In this document: positions 31,377 through 44,800 of the stretch, one piece after another
Numbering within the stretch: the stretch's first letter is position 1
Layout: each line of letters begins with the position of its first letter
Assembly: GCA_002269645.1 (NCBI GenBank)
Contig: NIVC01002594.1
Coordinates: forward strand, 1 to 64,000
DNA: 64,000 nucleotides
Direction of reading: 5' to 3'
From: Macrostomum lignano
Lineage: Eukaryota
Program-made: the position numbers and the translations under genes
The notes under the pieces: generated by a model
The model's input: the letters and a program-made list of their open reading frames with translations, nothing else
What the model was told of the DNA's origin: nothing
The model's database searches: none

Positions 31377-32937
31377 GATTGCTATTTCAAATCCGAACCA
31401 AAGCAGAGATAGTTCTTTCTCGTTTGCAATGAGTCAATTTATGGGAGTGGGTTTTGCCAGGCTGGGAAGAATTTGTAGAGGACTTCCGATTGGTTTGTGC
31501 AACTGTGGCGACTCAATGAGTTTTAGCCAACGGGAGGCATTCAGCAAATTCAGTCTGGCAGCATCCACTGGCAGTATTCACTAGCATTTTGAAATTGGTA
31601 GTGTTTCCCTCATGCATACAGATTTCCTCTGCGATAAAAAGTAAATCTCTACGTCTCATTTAATTCATTTAATCTTTCATTATGTACCGGTAATCCTCAC
31701 CTCTCTAGCGCTGCATGGTTGCAAGTATTTGGTTGCAAACTTTTAGCGGCTATGTAGCATTACCTCAAAAATGTACTATACCGGTACATGTACAGCGGAA
31801 CGTTTCCCCGATATCCCAATTACAATGCTCGACAGCGTTATGGAGACAATTCTACAATCAAGGAGAAATTCACTTCAACGTACGAGAGTACGCTGTGGAT
31901 AATGCCCCCCCCCCCTCCAAATCCAATATCGCTGCTTGTCAGTTGAAAAGACGGTTTAGCGTCAATGGCCATGAAGAATTGCAACTCGACAAGTCCCGAC
32001 ACAGATGAGACATGCGTCTGTTACACTGGCGATGGGTGAAGCCATTAATTCACGACATGTTTTCCTAATTAGGTTGTGTAAATCCTAAGCAGCTAGTCAA
32101 AAGGATTCATACCTCTTGATTAGATGTCCTGCGTCATGCGCAGAAACTGCCTCTGCGAATCCGAGCAGAAAGATTGCTAGCAACAGCAGAAATCCTACAA
32201 ATCCTCTTGTAGTTGGTGACAGCAGGTGTCGTTGGAGGCAGAAAACAGCTCTCGAAAATGGTATATTAGCCATGCATGTAGCCTGCTGGACGCGAAGAAA
32301 ACTAACAGAATGTCTCAGTCTCAGGTGTAGAAGCTAGCTCATCCGCCCGCCGCCAGTGACAGTATCAGAGTCTTGCGCTTGCAATGACGGGTAGCGATTC
32401 TTTGCACCTATTTCAGCAAGCATCTCATTTTCTTCGAAAAATGCAGGTCTTGATATACTTTAAAGTTATTTAATGAAGCCTACTAAATTATAGCCAAACT
32501 TGCGTCTTTCACGTTGCGAGCTCGTAGTAGTGCTGTGGGAGCATTGAGAGCGAAAATTCGTCAGTGAAACTATTTGCGCCAGTTTATGAAAACATAATTT
32601 CTGTCTGCCTTCTTTTTTCTATAGTAGCATATATTGCTTCGACAGGAATTTTCTAAAAAACATTTTGACGGTATTCAAAGATCACTTCCATTAAGACAGT
32701 TGTGCTTTAAACGGACGGAGTATCCATCGAAGACCACTCGAGTAGAAGGACGGGAAACTACGTTTCTTGGAAACTTTAGCAAGCAGGTTTATTGCCCGTC
32801 GAAAACGAGGGTTAATATAAGGGGTTAATTAACTAATAGCTTAAATGTTAATTAACGTGATTGTAGGTAAACAAACGTTACTATTAATTTATGAGTTTGG
32901 TAACCGAAATTAACCTACAAAGTGACAGTGGCAAATT

Positions 32938-33062
32938 AAATTATGGGTTCGGAGACTAGTACTTGCAATTAAAGCAACTGGAAATAAAAAACGCGAGACT
33001 CTTGTCTTGGTCTTTATTTAAATTGCATTCACTGGCTCAACGTAATTCAATAGACAGAGATT
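32938..33062. mobile_element. Partial second copy of the LTR sequence at 37161-37307
   Basis: Shared blocks aaattatgg.ttcggagac, tttatttaaattgcattcac.ggctca and cgtaattca.tagacagagatt. Confidence 0.55.
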
Positions 33063-33164
33063 CAATTCAATAGTTCAATAAAATTAATAATTAATAATTG
33101 AAGAATTATTTCAATTCAATAATTTAATTCAATAGCCAGGGATGGTTGCTGCACTGGCCAACAC

Positions 33165-33549
<385 letters not shown>

Positions 33550-33614
33550 GGGCACCTCCAATCTCAGGCCCTGACACGGTAGAAAGGATTGAACAAATTC
33601 AATTTAGTTAGATT

Positions 33615-33651
33615 GCCGATATTTTGAATTAGGTAAATTCTTCGTCAGGGC
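33615..33651 (-). ncRNA. Degenerate minimal hammerhead (GAAA->AAAA)
   Basis: Minus strand: GCC-CUGACGA-A-GAAUU(UACCU)AAUUC-AAAA-UA-UC-GGC; same architecture as 33966-34003 with different stems. Confidence 0.45.
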
Positions 33652-33838
33652 TGGAAGTGTGTAAAATTTATTCGGCGAATTGCCGTCAATATATAATGGC
33701 GATATCGTCAGGGAGAGCCGATCGATAAATGGGTGGCTCAAGCACTTAAAGCAGTACGCACGGCCAGTACATTGAAACGAGTGTGAGACTCTGAGAAAAG
33801 CGGAGGGGGTGGCTAAAACTGTACAAGTGGGCCTAGAC

Positions 33839-33920
<82 letters not shown>

Positions 33921-33924
33921 AGGT

Positions 33925-35995
33925 CACGGCGTGTTAAAATAGGGATGGGTTTTTTTTAGAAAATAGGCTACCGGTTTCGATCCTCTGGGCTCTTCGTCAG
34001 GCCAAAAATCTGTGTATAGTGCAATTCAAATTGGTCTTTTAAGTATTATTTATGAAATATTTCATTAATGGGAGCCAGGAGGCTCTGTAAGTTACGTTGC
34101 CGTGTAAATGCGGGCAGTATGCGGGAGCCTGGTTGATTTTGTAGTTTATCAAAGTTTTTAGCAATTTCGTTGGCGAGCCAGATCGTAGATGGGTGAAAAG
34201 GAAGGACCAGAGGAATGGGTCGGAGAAGATGATTGTCGACCCTGATGTTCGTACCCGGCGGTTTGTCAGTCCCCAGTTTTTTAATCCAGATTTCTTCCCT
34301 TAGTTCGATTTTGTTGTTGTTAAGAACCTGTCCAATGGCAATGGTGACAAAGTTTGCAATCGAGTGATTGGGGGTGAGAAAGTGCTCAGACCCCGAAGTA
34401 ACGACTCTCCTGTTAATATTTGACCTGTGCTGGTTCATTCTATCTCTCATTGTTCTTCTAGTCATACCTACATAGAGGATTTTCCCAGGGTGGCTCTGGT
34501 TACAGGAGATGCCATAGATGATGCTCTTGGAGCCACAGGACAGGCTCTGAGAGATTAAAAAACCGGAAGCCGGTCCCAGTCCCTGGGCGGAGAGAGCATG
34601 CGGTGAGTGGGTGCAGCATTTGCAGCGGGATGACCCACAGGGATGGAACCCTTTGGGAAGCAGACCCAGATTGGTCGTTGGTCCTGCAGTCCAGTTCATA
34701 AGTTTGAGGACATCCTTTTTGCAGTTTCTAAGAAAAATCTTCGAGTAGCCTAATTGCTTGAGTTCCAATTTTAAAGAATTGAAAGCACCGTTGAAAGACT
34801 TGTAGTCATCACAGATACGAGCGTACCGAAGGATTTGGGATTTTACTACCCCCTTGAAGGTGTGTGACGGATGGAAGGACTGTCGGTGCAGCAATCTATG
34901 AGTATCTTTTTCTTTCGAAAACAGTTGTGTTGTGAAGCGGTTTTCAGCTTTCTTGATGGTCAAATCAAGGAAACTGACCTCAGTTGATGAGGAGCTGACG
35001 GTGAGTTTAATGTTGGGGTTGATTGAATTCAGGTGTCGAACAAATTCTGTCAGAGTTTCAGCCGGGTGGTCCCAGTGAATGAAGATATCATCTATGTACC
35101 TAAAATAGATGTTCGGCTTATAAAGAGCAGTTCTCAGGGCAGTTTCCTCCCAGAGGCTCATGAAGAGACAGGCATAGCTGGGCGCAAATATGCGCCCCAT
35201 GGCTGTACCTCTAAGTTGTAGGAAAATCATTTTGTCAAATTCAAAGTCATTCCTGTACAAACATAGTTCCAGTAGCTTTATTAACTCAGCATCCGGTCTA
35301 ATGGGATCCGGGTATCGGTTAAAGAATTCCTGGATCGCTGCAATGCCCTGGTCTATAGGGATCATGGAGTATAGACTCTGGACATCACAAGTTGCCAGAG
35401 TCGAACCTTCCGTGCAGCATTTATCCATAAGGTGTGCCTTGAAGTCATAGGAGTCCTTAATGAAAGTGGGTTGCGCTTGGGCAATCGGTTTAAGAAAGAA
35501 GTCTATGTACTTTTCTGCCACAATTGCTTCAGAACTGCATCCGTTAAAAATAGGTCTGCCTGCTGGGACCCGAAATGGGATCAGCCAGGTGGCCGGGTCC
35601 TTGTGAATTTTTGGGAGCAGGTAGAAATGCCGGGGACGGAAGTTCTCTCCAGGAGAAGAAAAGAAAACTGTTTCTTAGTTAATGAACTTTCTGTTACATA
35701 AAATCGAGGAAGATCCCTCTGATAATTTCCGCAGTCTCGGGTTGCAGTGGCTGGTCCAGCTGTTGATAGGCATTAGTGTCAAGCAATTGGTTGTAGGCTG
35801 CAAATTCGTAATCCTTAGGGTGCATGATGAGCACTGCGTTACCTTTGCCTGCCTTTTTTTATCAGGACGGAGCTGTTTCGCTTGAGCCCCTGAATCGCTC
35901 TGGTCTCTGGTGTCTCTAGGTTGCCTTTGACGTGCACCATTGTCAAATCCTCCACCAGTTTTTGGCTCTCAAGCACAAACAAGTTGCGCTCATCC
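33925..35995 (-). mobile_element. Penelope-like retroelement (Neptune-type RT + Cys-rich linker + GIY-YIG), 5'-truncated and frameshifted
   Basis: ORF 34046-35521 has GTAMG, RYIDDIF, FLDL, SFHP, CGSSRCKCC, IIYGISC..LYVGMT..RMNQH and a GIY-YIG C-terminus. Upstream broken frames give a KGNAVLIM motif and FYLLPKIHK..GRPI. Confidence 0.92.
33966..34003 (-). ncRNA. Minimal type-I hammerhead ribozyme at the 3' end of the Penelope element
   Basis: Minus strand: GGC-CUGACGA-A-GAGCC(CAGA)GGAUC-GAAAC-CG-GUA-GCC. Core, stem II, palindromic ACCGGU stem III, 3-bp stem I; 43 nt past the ORF stop. Confidence 0.7.
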
Positions 35996-36042
35996 CTTCT
36001 AAGAGAGAGAGAGAGAAAGAAAGAAAGAGAGAGAGAGAGAGT

Positions 36043-36140
<98 letters not shown>

Positions 36141-36141
<1 letters not shown>

Positions 36142-36315
36142 GTTGCTGCTCTCATCCTTCTTTGTGCCGATGTCTATGGCAGAATTACCCGTTACCTACA
36201 AGGCAAGGACCTGCTTACTTTGTTCCGTTTATGTTTATGTCTATGGGCAAAACCAAGTCAACTGCTGACAAAAGCAATGCTGCGCACACAGATGTTTGTA
36301 GTAAGTAGATGTTTA
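36141..36315. repeat. (GA)n-linked dispersed repeat (further copies at 53008-53160 and 62455-62554 inverted)
   Basis: ggttgctgctctcatccttctttgt.ccgatgtctatggcagaat..gtttatgtctat.ggcaa.accaagtcaactgctg.caaaagcaatgctgcgcacacagat, starting directly after GA repeats. Confidence 0.7.
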
Positions 36316-36319
36316 AGGT

Positions 36320-37330
36320 TTAACGTTGATGGAAGGTATGCCCAGGCCGCCTTGGAAGATCTCGGGGAACTGCGCCAACAGGTCAGCTGCTTGTCCAATC
36401 ACCCAGTTGACTTGGCCAAGGATCATCGGCCAGTCGAGTCTCAGCTCAGACGGAGACCTGACAGAGCATCCTCCTGGAGGCTTTTCGGGATGACGGTGAG
36501 TGCGGAGCCAGCAGTATCCACCTTGAAGCGACAAGGCTTGCCTTGGAGCAGCAAGCTCAAGCGCCAGACCCTTGCTCGACCCGCTCGCTCTGAAGAAGGG
36601 CTCCTACAGCTCAGCCTGCTTCGGAATCCAACTTGTGCAGCTTAGAAGCCCTGCACACCTTCCGGATATGCCCGACTTTCCGCAGTTGTGACACTTGGCC
36701 TCACGAAGCTTGCATTGCTGCCGACTGTATAGACGCCGCCGCTCGCACACGCGCCTGTGGCAGTAGCTGTCCGCACAGCGTTGGCTTGAGCTACCGATGA
36801 CGGGCCTGCTTATTGACCTCCTTCGGTGCAGTGGAATTCTTGTGGAGACGCAGGTGGACAACTGCTTCAGCCCGGTGCGCCATCTCCGACGAAGATCGCT
36901 CCGCGTCGACTCTGGCAACCAGCGTCTTCAAGTCAGGCTGTTTTTCACGGTGCACATCACTGCGGAGACCGAAGACAGGCTGGTCGCGCAGTCTCTCGTC
37001 ATCCTCTTCTATGGCGGTCACCAGAGTGGCGACATTCGCCTCCTCTCGGACGTCCTTGCAGATGAAGTATTGTTCAAGCCTCTCCAAGTATCGATCAATA
37101 TCTGAATTTGCAGAGTTCTGGAATTCTACCAGTCGCAGCCATATCCGCGTCGCCAATGTGAAATTATGGATTCGGAGACGAGTAGTTGCAATTGGAAGTA
37201 GAAAAAACTCGCCAAACTCTTTTGAGCGGTACTTGTCTTAGTACTCTAATTTATTTAAATTGCATTCACCGGCTCAGCATACGAGCGTAATTCACTAGAC
37301 AGAGATTAGAGGTGAGTGCCACACAGGCCT
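36320..37330 (-). mobile_element. Internally deleted Ty3/gypsy relic (LTR end, PBS, gag, protease)
   Basis: On minus, LTR ...CA at 37157 is followed by the PBS-like TTGGCGACG. Gag-like RYLERLEQYF..ATLVT, LRDQ..FGLRSD; a CHNCGK knuckle; protease FKVDTAGSALTVIP and the downstream LLAQFPEIFQGGLG. Confidence 0.75.
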
Positions 37331-37374
37331 TTGGTCACAGAATCAGATACCCTGATTTAAGTAATATCGGGTTA

Positions 37375-37918
37375 TGATGGGTTTCGGCCTTTTCAGCATT
37401 AAAAGCCTCCGGGCCTCAGGTCTCAGAAATAAATCAATTAGAGCCCTGGCCCCCTGCACTCCTGTCAGATGGTCAGCTTCATGGTAGCTTGATCTGTGGC
37501 GAGCAGTCTAGTTCCTTTAGCTAAGAGAGGGACAGCGAGAGACAAGCAGGGAAAATTTTGAAGGTAGAGATCAGCTAATCCACAGATTAACTAACCCGCT
37601 GCCACCAGCCCATGCGTCCTGGCTCACCAAACCAGGACTTTCGAAATCGGGCTTCCAACTAAAGGGACTTAGCACTTACCTGCCAACTAGTGTCCTTTTG
37701 CTATCAATCTCGAAGTCATAGCCGATGGTAAGGGACACTGCTGGGACTCGATCACATTGACCATGCAGGTACAGAGGGGACTTGTGCAGGGGATTCTTGC
37801 AGTGGAGAGATTATGCAGTGTTGAGTCCGAGCGGGCCAAAAACTTCGGTTTATATTCGGGCCGCAATTTGTTAAAATGGAACACCTCGACGCTAATTGGC
37901 TAAGCCGATTTGTTATAA
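37375..37918 (-). mobile_element. Second copy of the 25576-26937 repeat with an internal deletion of about 800 bp
   Basis: Aligns to 25576-26025 and then jumps to 26831-26937. Confidence 0.75.
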
Positions 37919-40164
37919 CTGACGTCAGATTTTTACTTCAACTCCAAATTAGTTTTCAGTTTTGAGTGCAGCCCAGATTTTCAAACTTTTGGTTTCATAC
38001 TGTAAATGCACTAAGATGTACGCATTTAAACGTCCATTTCAAACTAGAGGTCAATAACTCCGAGTTGGATGCATGAATCTTGCAGAAATTGCACAGAAAT
38101 GTAGATTTCTTTTGTTAATTTTGATTTTCACTTAAACTCCAAATTAGTTTTCAGTTTTGAGTGCAGACCAGGTCTTCAAACATTTTAGTACAGTCTGTAA
38201 ATGTACGGAAATTGTTGAATTTATGTCGTCTATTTTAAATTGAAGATCAATAGCAACAAGATGGATGAATGAACGTGACTGAAAAGTCACAAAAATGAAG
38301 AAAACAGTTGTTTTTTATCATCTGATTATCTTAGTTTTAGACATACGGTTAGCTTTTGTAGGATTTGAAAATTTGTTTATCTTTTCACGAATTTGGAGTT
38401 GGAGTTGGTCGTTGGATAGTTCGAATGCGATAGTTTCGCATACAAATTGTCAGTCTGAAATTAATGAGATGAGATTAAATTAAAGAAAGGCTTTAGGACA
38501 GAAATAGTCTGGTTATATTCCATTGGCATTGCCATTAGTTATATATGTTTATTTTTTAGGAATTACCTTACAACAGAAATGGATTTCTGACTAGGGCCTA
38601 ATTTCTTACATAGATGGCACAGTCAAAAGGATATCTACCAAAATTTCTAGCATAGATAGGTGTAGAGTAGGAATTTATCTATTCTTCATACTAGGCCTAT
38701 ATACTTTATATTAAGTGATATTATTCTTATTAGATATTATGTAGCTATTTTTGTTCAAAGGGCACAGGTTATATATTAGATCATAATAGCTAAATCACAT
38801 TCTAAGAGATGTCTTTAATATTGGAATTTTCTGGTTTGTATTGGTTTAGCATGCATTATATGCATTTAGTTCCAATATGATTATGAATTCTAGCATGCCT
38901 TTAACATGATCCAGAGTATGGCAGATAAGCTAAGTTAAAAATATTATTATTTGTTATACAATTCTACAATCATATATATATATCCATTTGTTTTTATTTT
39001 TATCTACTATTCTCTTATCAATTATTAAGCTAAAATGAAGATATATTATACCACACTCCAGATCATGTAGTATACATACGATATGCCAAAAAATTTGGGT
39101 GTGTATTGACCTTGCACATCAAAATTAAGTGTGCACAGTTGGCATGCATCACTTCTGAGAAAATAGTATGCATGCACACCTGGCATGCACTTTATAGAAT
39201 AATGCGTAAGAGTTATTGTGAGGTTGAAAAAAGATAAAAAGTTTATTTTTAGTGCAAATTTCAAGCTTTCCGATTTTTTCAAGCTTGTAAAAAAAGCATT
39301 TAAACAAATCTCTGAGTGTATAAATTTTCCACTATAAATAGTATTGCTGAAAAAGCATAAAAAGCAACCAAATTATCTGGTAATAAGGGTCTATTATGCA
39401 ATTTAAAAAAGGTATTTTATTGTCACAATATAAAAATGGTCATTTATTGTTGCAACACTGGCATATTTTTAGAATGGGTATGCACTATATTTTTTGGTAT
39501 GCATTTGTAATTATTCAATTTTTGCTTGGGCATGCACATAGCATAATCCGGACTATGGATATTATAATTTATAATTAGGCAATTAGACATTTTTGGTTAA
39601 TAGACATTTTGATTAATAGTATAATAGAACAACAAAAATGAATATATATTAAAAATTTATTAAATATCAATTTTTTATTTCTAATTAAGGCCTATGCAAC
39701 TTTTTCTTATATTTAACCTAGTTATATTTCTTGCATATATGCAAAAAGCTCATTATGTGTATCTATATATATAATGTTAAAACTCATTATAATTAACATA
39801 CAATAATAAAGAGTAAAACATTTGTAGATCTATAATTCTATAACAGCTATCCTATATAGCAAACTGAGAGTGGCTATTGTAGAAATGAAAAAGTATATAT
39901 CTATTATACTTATAGACATTAATAAACATTGGGATGGTGACTAATATTGCCAATGTTATATTGCTGCATAGGGGCCTTTATACTAAAAATAATAATAAAA
40001 AGATCAATGTCATTTTTCTTAACCTTAAGTCCCTAGGCCTAATCAAGGTTAGTTGACTTTTAGTAAGCAAGGAAATTCAAAATATGTTTATGTTATAATA
40101 AATAAGTTTTTTTATATCTTTAGAATAGTTCAATTTTTGCTAAAATTAGTATTAGACTTGTAGC

Positions 40165-40548
40165 TAGTGATGGATTGAAATTCAATTTCGATTTCAATAT
40201 TCCGAATTTCGAAACTAATTTTGCATTGAAATAATTTCAATTTCAATTTTGAATTTTGACACAATTCATTGAAAATCATTTCGAAATTTTGGTTACTTTT
40301 TAACAATTTAGACATTGATGATCATGCTACACAAGAAAGAAAATCTATAGGAAGTGAAAGAAAGTGCGGTTCAAAGACTCAGTGGAGAGGTGAGAATCAC
40401 CTTTTCTACAAGAAAGATTGTGCGGGGCACACACTGTTCCAGGCCTTGTGCTGCACCCACCTCAACCTCCACAAGCCCACTGGCTAAACTCATCGGCGTG
40501 GATTTTGATTTCGATTTCAATTTGAAAAATAATTTCGATCCATCATTA
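40165..40548. mobile_element. hAT-type MITE
   Basis: TIR tagtgatggattgaaatt / aatttcgatccatcatta; 8-bp TSD cttgtagc on both sides. Confidence 0.85.
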
Positions 40549-40575
40549 CTTGTAGCATAATATTTTGTTATTTAT

Positions 40576-40958
40576 TAGAGGTCGGACGGGATTGAAATCT
40601 TTGGGCGGGATCGGGATTGGGAATAATTTTTTTCTCAGGATTGGGATCGGGATCAGGTCTTTTAGTGTATTGTCCATGTAAAGTTAAACAAAATTGAGAA
40701 AAGATTATCAAGATCAAGAAGTAAAACACAACGAAATTGATATGAAGTTTTGTAACCAACAAAGTAAATAATGTAACGAGTACAAGTTAAAGCAAAATAC
40801 CTACAAGTAATCACTAATTCTGTAATCACTAATCACTAATCGAAAGACCTGTTCCCGAATCTCGAGTTTTTAAGGTCGGGATTCTGGTCCCACGGGAATT
40901 CAATTTTCCTCGGGATCACGAGATTTCGAGATCGGGATTGGGATCCCGTCCACCTCTA
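40576..40958. mobile_element. hAT-type MITE (different family)
   Basis: TIR tagaggt(c)ggacgggat / atcccgtccacctcta; 8-bp TSD ttatttat on both sides. Confidence 0.85.
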
Positions 40959-41269
40959 TTATTTATTAATTCTATTCTACTGTTTAGAGTTTTAGGCCTA
41001 ACCAAGAAAAATACCTTAATAAAAATGTCTATGCACCATAATATATATTTATAAAAAGTAAAATATTCTATGGCTAATGATTATATATTATAAAATGGAA
41101 ATAATCTTATTGCCATTATATTTTTATTATAAGGAATATTATTTATATTTTTTAGAAACTCTTAAATTATATTAGAAGAGCTTTTGTAGTTTTTTTGCAC
41201 ATTTTTGAGAAGTGCTTATCTTGGAGCTTATCTTAGTTTTAAGAGTTTATCCTAGTCCTTCAGTGTCTA

Positions 41270-41835
41270 TCTTCATCCTTCAGTCTGTCCCAGTCCTTCA
41301 GTGTCTATCTTCATCCTTCAGTCTACCCCAGTCCTTCAGTCTGTCTAGTCCTTTAGAGTCTACCCTAGTCCTTTAGAGTTACCCTAGTCCTTCAGAGTCT
41401 GCCTAGTCCTTCAGAGTCTACCCAGTCCTTCAGAGTCTACCCAGTCCTTTAGAGTCTACCCTAGTCCTTTAAAGTCTACCCTAGTCCTTTAGAGTCTGTC
41501 CAGTCCTTTAGAGTCTACCCTAGTCTTTTAGAGTCTACCCTAGTCCTTTAGAGTCTACCCTAGTCCTTTAGAGTCTACCCTAGTCCTTCAGAGTCTACCC
41601 TAGTCCTTTAGAGTCTACCCTAGTCCTTTAGAGTCTACCCTAGTCCTTCAGAGTCTACCCTAGTCCTTTAGAGTCTACCCTAGTCCTTCAGAGTCTACCC
41701 TAGTCCTTTAGAGTCTAGCCTAGTCCTTCAGAGTCTACCCTAGTCCTTTAGAGTCTACCCTAGTCCTTCAGAGTCTACCCTAGTCCTTTAGAGTCTACCC
41801 TAGTCCTTCAGAGTCTACCCTAGTCCTTCAGTCTA
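41270..41835. repeat. 20-bp minisatellite (tagtcctttagagtctaccc)
   Basis: Direct tandem units. Confidence 0.95.
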
Positions 41836-44800
41836 CCTGTATTTTCTCTCGCTAGTCTTAAAAAGACTAATATGAGTACATTTAGGGTTATATAAGACAA
41901 TGGTTTTTAAAAATCTTTATTGATGTCTCCTGTTGCGAAACTATCAGCCATCCTACAGTTAGAAGATAAGATATCTTTTTTTAGCGACTACTTGTAGTTT
42001 TTTTCAGAACCTACATAGGCTAGCAATTTTCCATCATTGCTCAGGATCAATATTTCAAAAATAGGGAAAATTAAAGATAGGCCTGCTTCTTCGAGCTATC
42101 TATTATAGAAAGCCAGCTGCGTTTACAGCCGCTTTAGTTAGCCAGCCAGTCCAGCAAATAATTACAATGCGCACAGTTCTCACTATGTAAATGACGTCTT
42201 CCTCATGGCTATTCGCATGTATTATTAATTGAATTTAATTGGGCTCAGCTGTTGCATCCTGTCGCGTTGGTTTTTACCTTCTGTTTCTTTGAATTCCCAA
42301 ATCCCAAGTGATTAGCTTGGGCTGCTCTGCTAAAGATTCGGACTAATCATCTTGGCCCAATTAGTTCGGCTCGCTATTCCTGGCTGTTCGATGTTGTCGT
42401 AGCTATTGCGTCTCTGTCTGGCAGCTAATGATATTCGATATAAACGAGATGATGATGCATTGACGCTGAGAATGAAGGTGAATGACGCAAAGCCTATTTT
42501 CCCGATGCTCTATGAAACTTGAACTCACGCTGAGCTAGCTGTCAGTTTCTTGACAGCTTTGGGATTGGCTAAATGTCTGCCCTATGCCATTAGCACCTGT
42601 TTCCTTTCCTAGCCAAGTTGCCCTGCCGCTGGATTGTGTCTGTGTTGGGATTGGCTCAGTTTCTCCCGTTTTTTGTTTAGTCATCGAGGGTAGACTAGAT
42701 TGGGTGTGTGTGCGTGGGAAAGGCGATTAGGATGATGCTTTATACAGTGGAATATTCTACTCAGTTCATGCTACTCCGTGTTTCATTTCTGCCTAATTTC
42801 TCTCTCCATCGGTTGGATGAGAATTCAGAGTTCCGCCTATCCAGCGCTTGGGGACGCAGTTTTGCAATACGTACGACGCGTGTTTTACTGTGGCACTGTA
42901 AACTGTAAAGTTGCGCATGCTTAAAAATCATTTAGAATCATTTAGATCATTTAGATTGTTATCTCTGACAACAATCAAAGCATGAAATGAAGATTTCAAG
43001 AAATTGGGCTACTTTTCCACAGAAGAACTTCACTCACTTTCTTACTTAAACTTACCATAGACACCTTCTTTTCTTACCATGGACAAAGCAAACACTTTTC
43101 TGATCAGGCTGTATTTGCACTGACGAATTTCACTTACTTAGACGAATTCGAAGTCACTTTCTCTAAAAATTTACCATAGACACTCATTCTCTTCCCCCTT
43201 GAGCGCCATATAGTTTTGCATACGCTGACGAATTTGAACTCACTTTTGACAAATCCGAAGTTAAAAAGGTATATTAAGTGTACTAGGTAGGTAGTGGTCA
43301 CCCATAATAATTGATTTGTCAAGTTTTAAACAGCTGACAGCTTGTATTACACGTTTTTACTTTCAAATGTATTACATTCAGACAGTGATGCAGACGTGAA
43401 GGTGTTTGTCTTAATTGAATTTCTCCAAGAAAAATGCAACATAGACTATGTTGCTAAATTAAAACAAACCCCCTTTCATATTAAACAGAACCGCTTCAAT
43501 TCAGTCAGAGCTAAGTCCATGTGCTGTTGAACCTCTGCGCTTTGTGGATTTTCATCTTCTTCAGCCTCCTCATCATCCTCTGTCCAGTCTACGCCTTGCT
43601 CTTCAAGCAGTCAGTTCGTCTTGCTTTTCTTCCTCTGTGTCTTCACTCCCGGCTTCAGCAATCATTTTTTATTTGAAAAGGCGTTTCTTTTAGGTATTCT
43701 GCGTATGAAAGGTCCAGCACAGGTCCTCTTAGCACAGGGTTTTCTTTTCGAGTAAATCGGTTAGGAACACAGGTAATATATAAAATGGATACACAGCAAG
43801 ACACTGCAACACGCCCCAGGAATTAAAAAGTCAAATTGATATAAGTTGGCGATTTCAGTGCTGGGCTACTGGCGCTGTAATCATGTTTAGCTGACAGGAC
43901 GGTCGCCTTTGTGCCTTTGTGCTTGCGCGGGCTGTTTTTTGTGCCGGTGTGTGGGGGTGCGCGGGGTGCTGGGGCGGTTGGCCTTTTATGTGCGTGCGCG
44001 ATGGTCTGATCAGCGCGTGTGTCCTCGCAATTTTAAGCAATTTATCAAGTCGTCTCGTATTTCAAGGTATCTGATATCTGTTACTTGCTGAAAAGCTAAG
44101 AAATGAAGATGTTAGTCTGCATAGGGGGAGTTAAAATAGCTGATGATTAAAATGTCAAAGGGCTGCTGTACTGCCTGTACACCCTGTGTGAGCATATGTA
44201 ATTAGTGCGTACCTGCGTACAGTATCTGCGCGCTTGTATGTGCCTAAGAGTCCGTGGAATGTCGGACGATGTCGCTGAAAACGTTTCGCCAGGGTGCCCA
44301 AAACACTTGCAAGTATTATCACGTTATGATTACAATGAATAAAAAGGTCACCAGTCCCTGTTTTCTGTTCCCGCTTGCCAAAATATTGCCTGTATCGGAA
44401 ATGAAGCTATGCTACTCCATGCATCCCTTTGTTCGCCTCCCTGATCAAAGAGCAATAAGCGCGATAGACATTTGCCTGGCGGATAGGAGATTTAAAAATC
44501 TAATCCTCTTTCCGTCAATCTTTCTAATTTTTTGTAAAGCCCCTATATTTGGCCATTCCGAGTCTCTACCCCTTTTCGTTTTCCCTTAGCGATTTTCTTC
44601 CCCAACTAGTGCTCAAATTTCCTGTTTTAGGCTTGAATGCAGATAATGACGATAATGATGAAAATCCTTCTTCATCAGCGCCTGCCCCGCAGCATCCTTC
44701 CATGGGGCTTTTTTAATCACTTTTCCATGTTGCTCTCCGCCCATCCACCCGTCTATTGCTTAATCACAAGTAGGATAGGGGCTTTTTGTCTTTACGCCCA

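Noticed and set aside
33665-33715. Third CUGACGA near the degenerate hammerhead
   Set aside because: No correctly spaced stem II plus GAAA and NUH.
37375-37405. Hammerhead-like CUGAAAA-GGCC-GAAAC on the minus strand (and its counterpart at 25576)
   Set aside because: Core G8 is missing, stem III cannot pair, and the other copy lacks CUGA.
43490-43760. Acidic peptide on the minus strand (EEQGVDWTEDDEEAEEDEN)
   Set aside because: Interrupted by stops and frameshifts with no recognisable motif; probably a decayed transposon piece.
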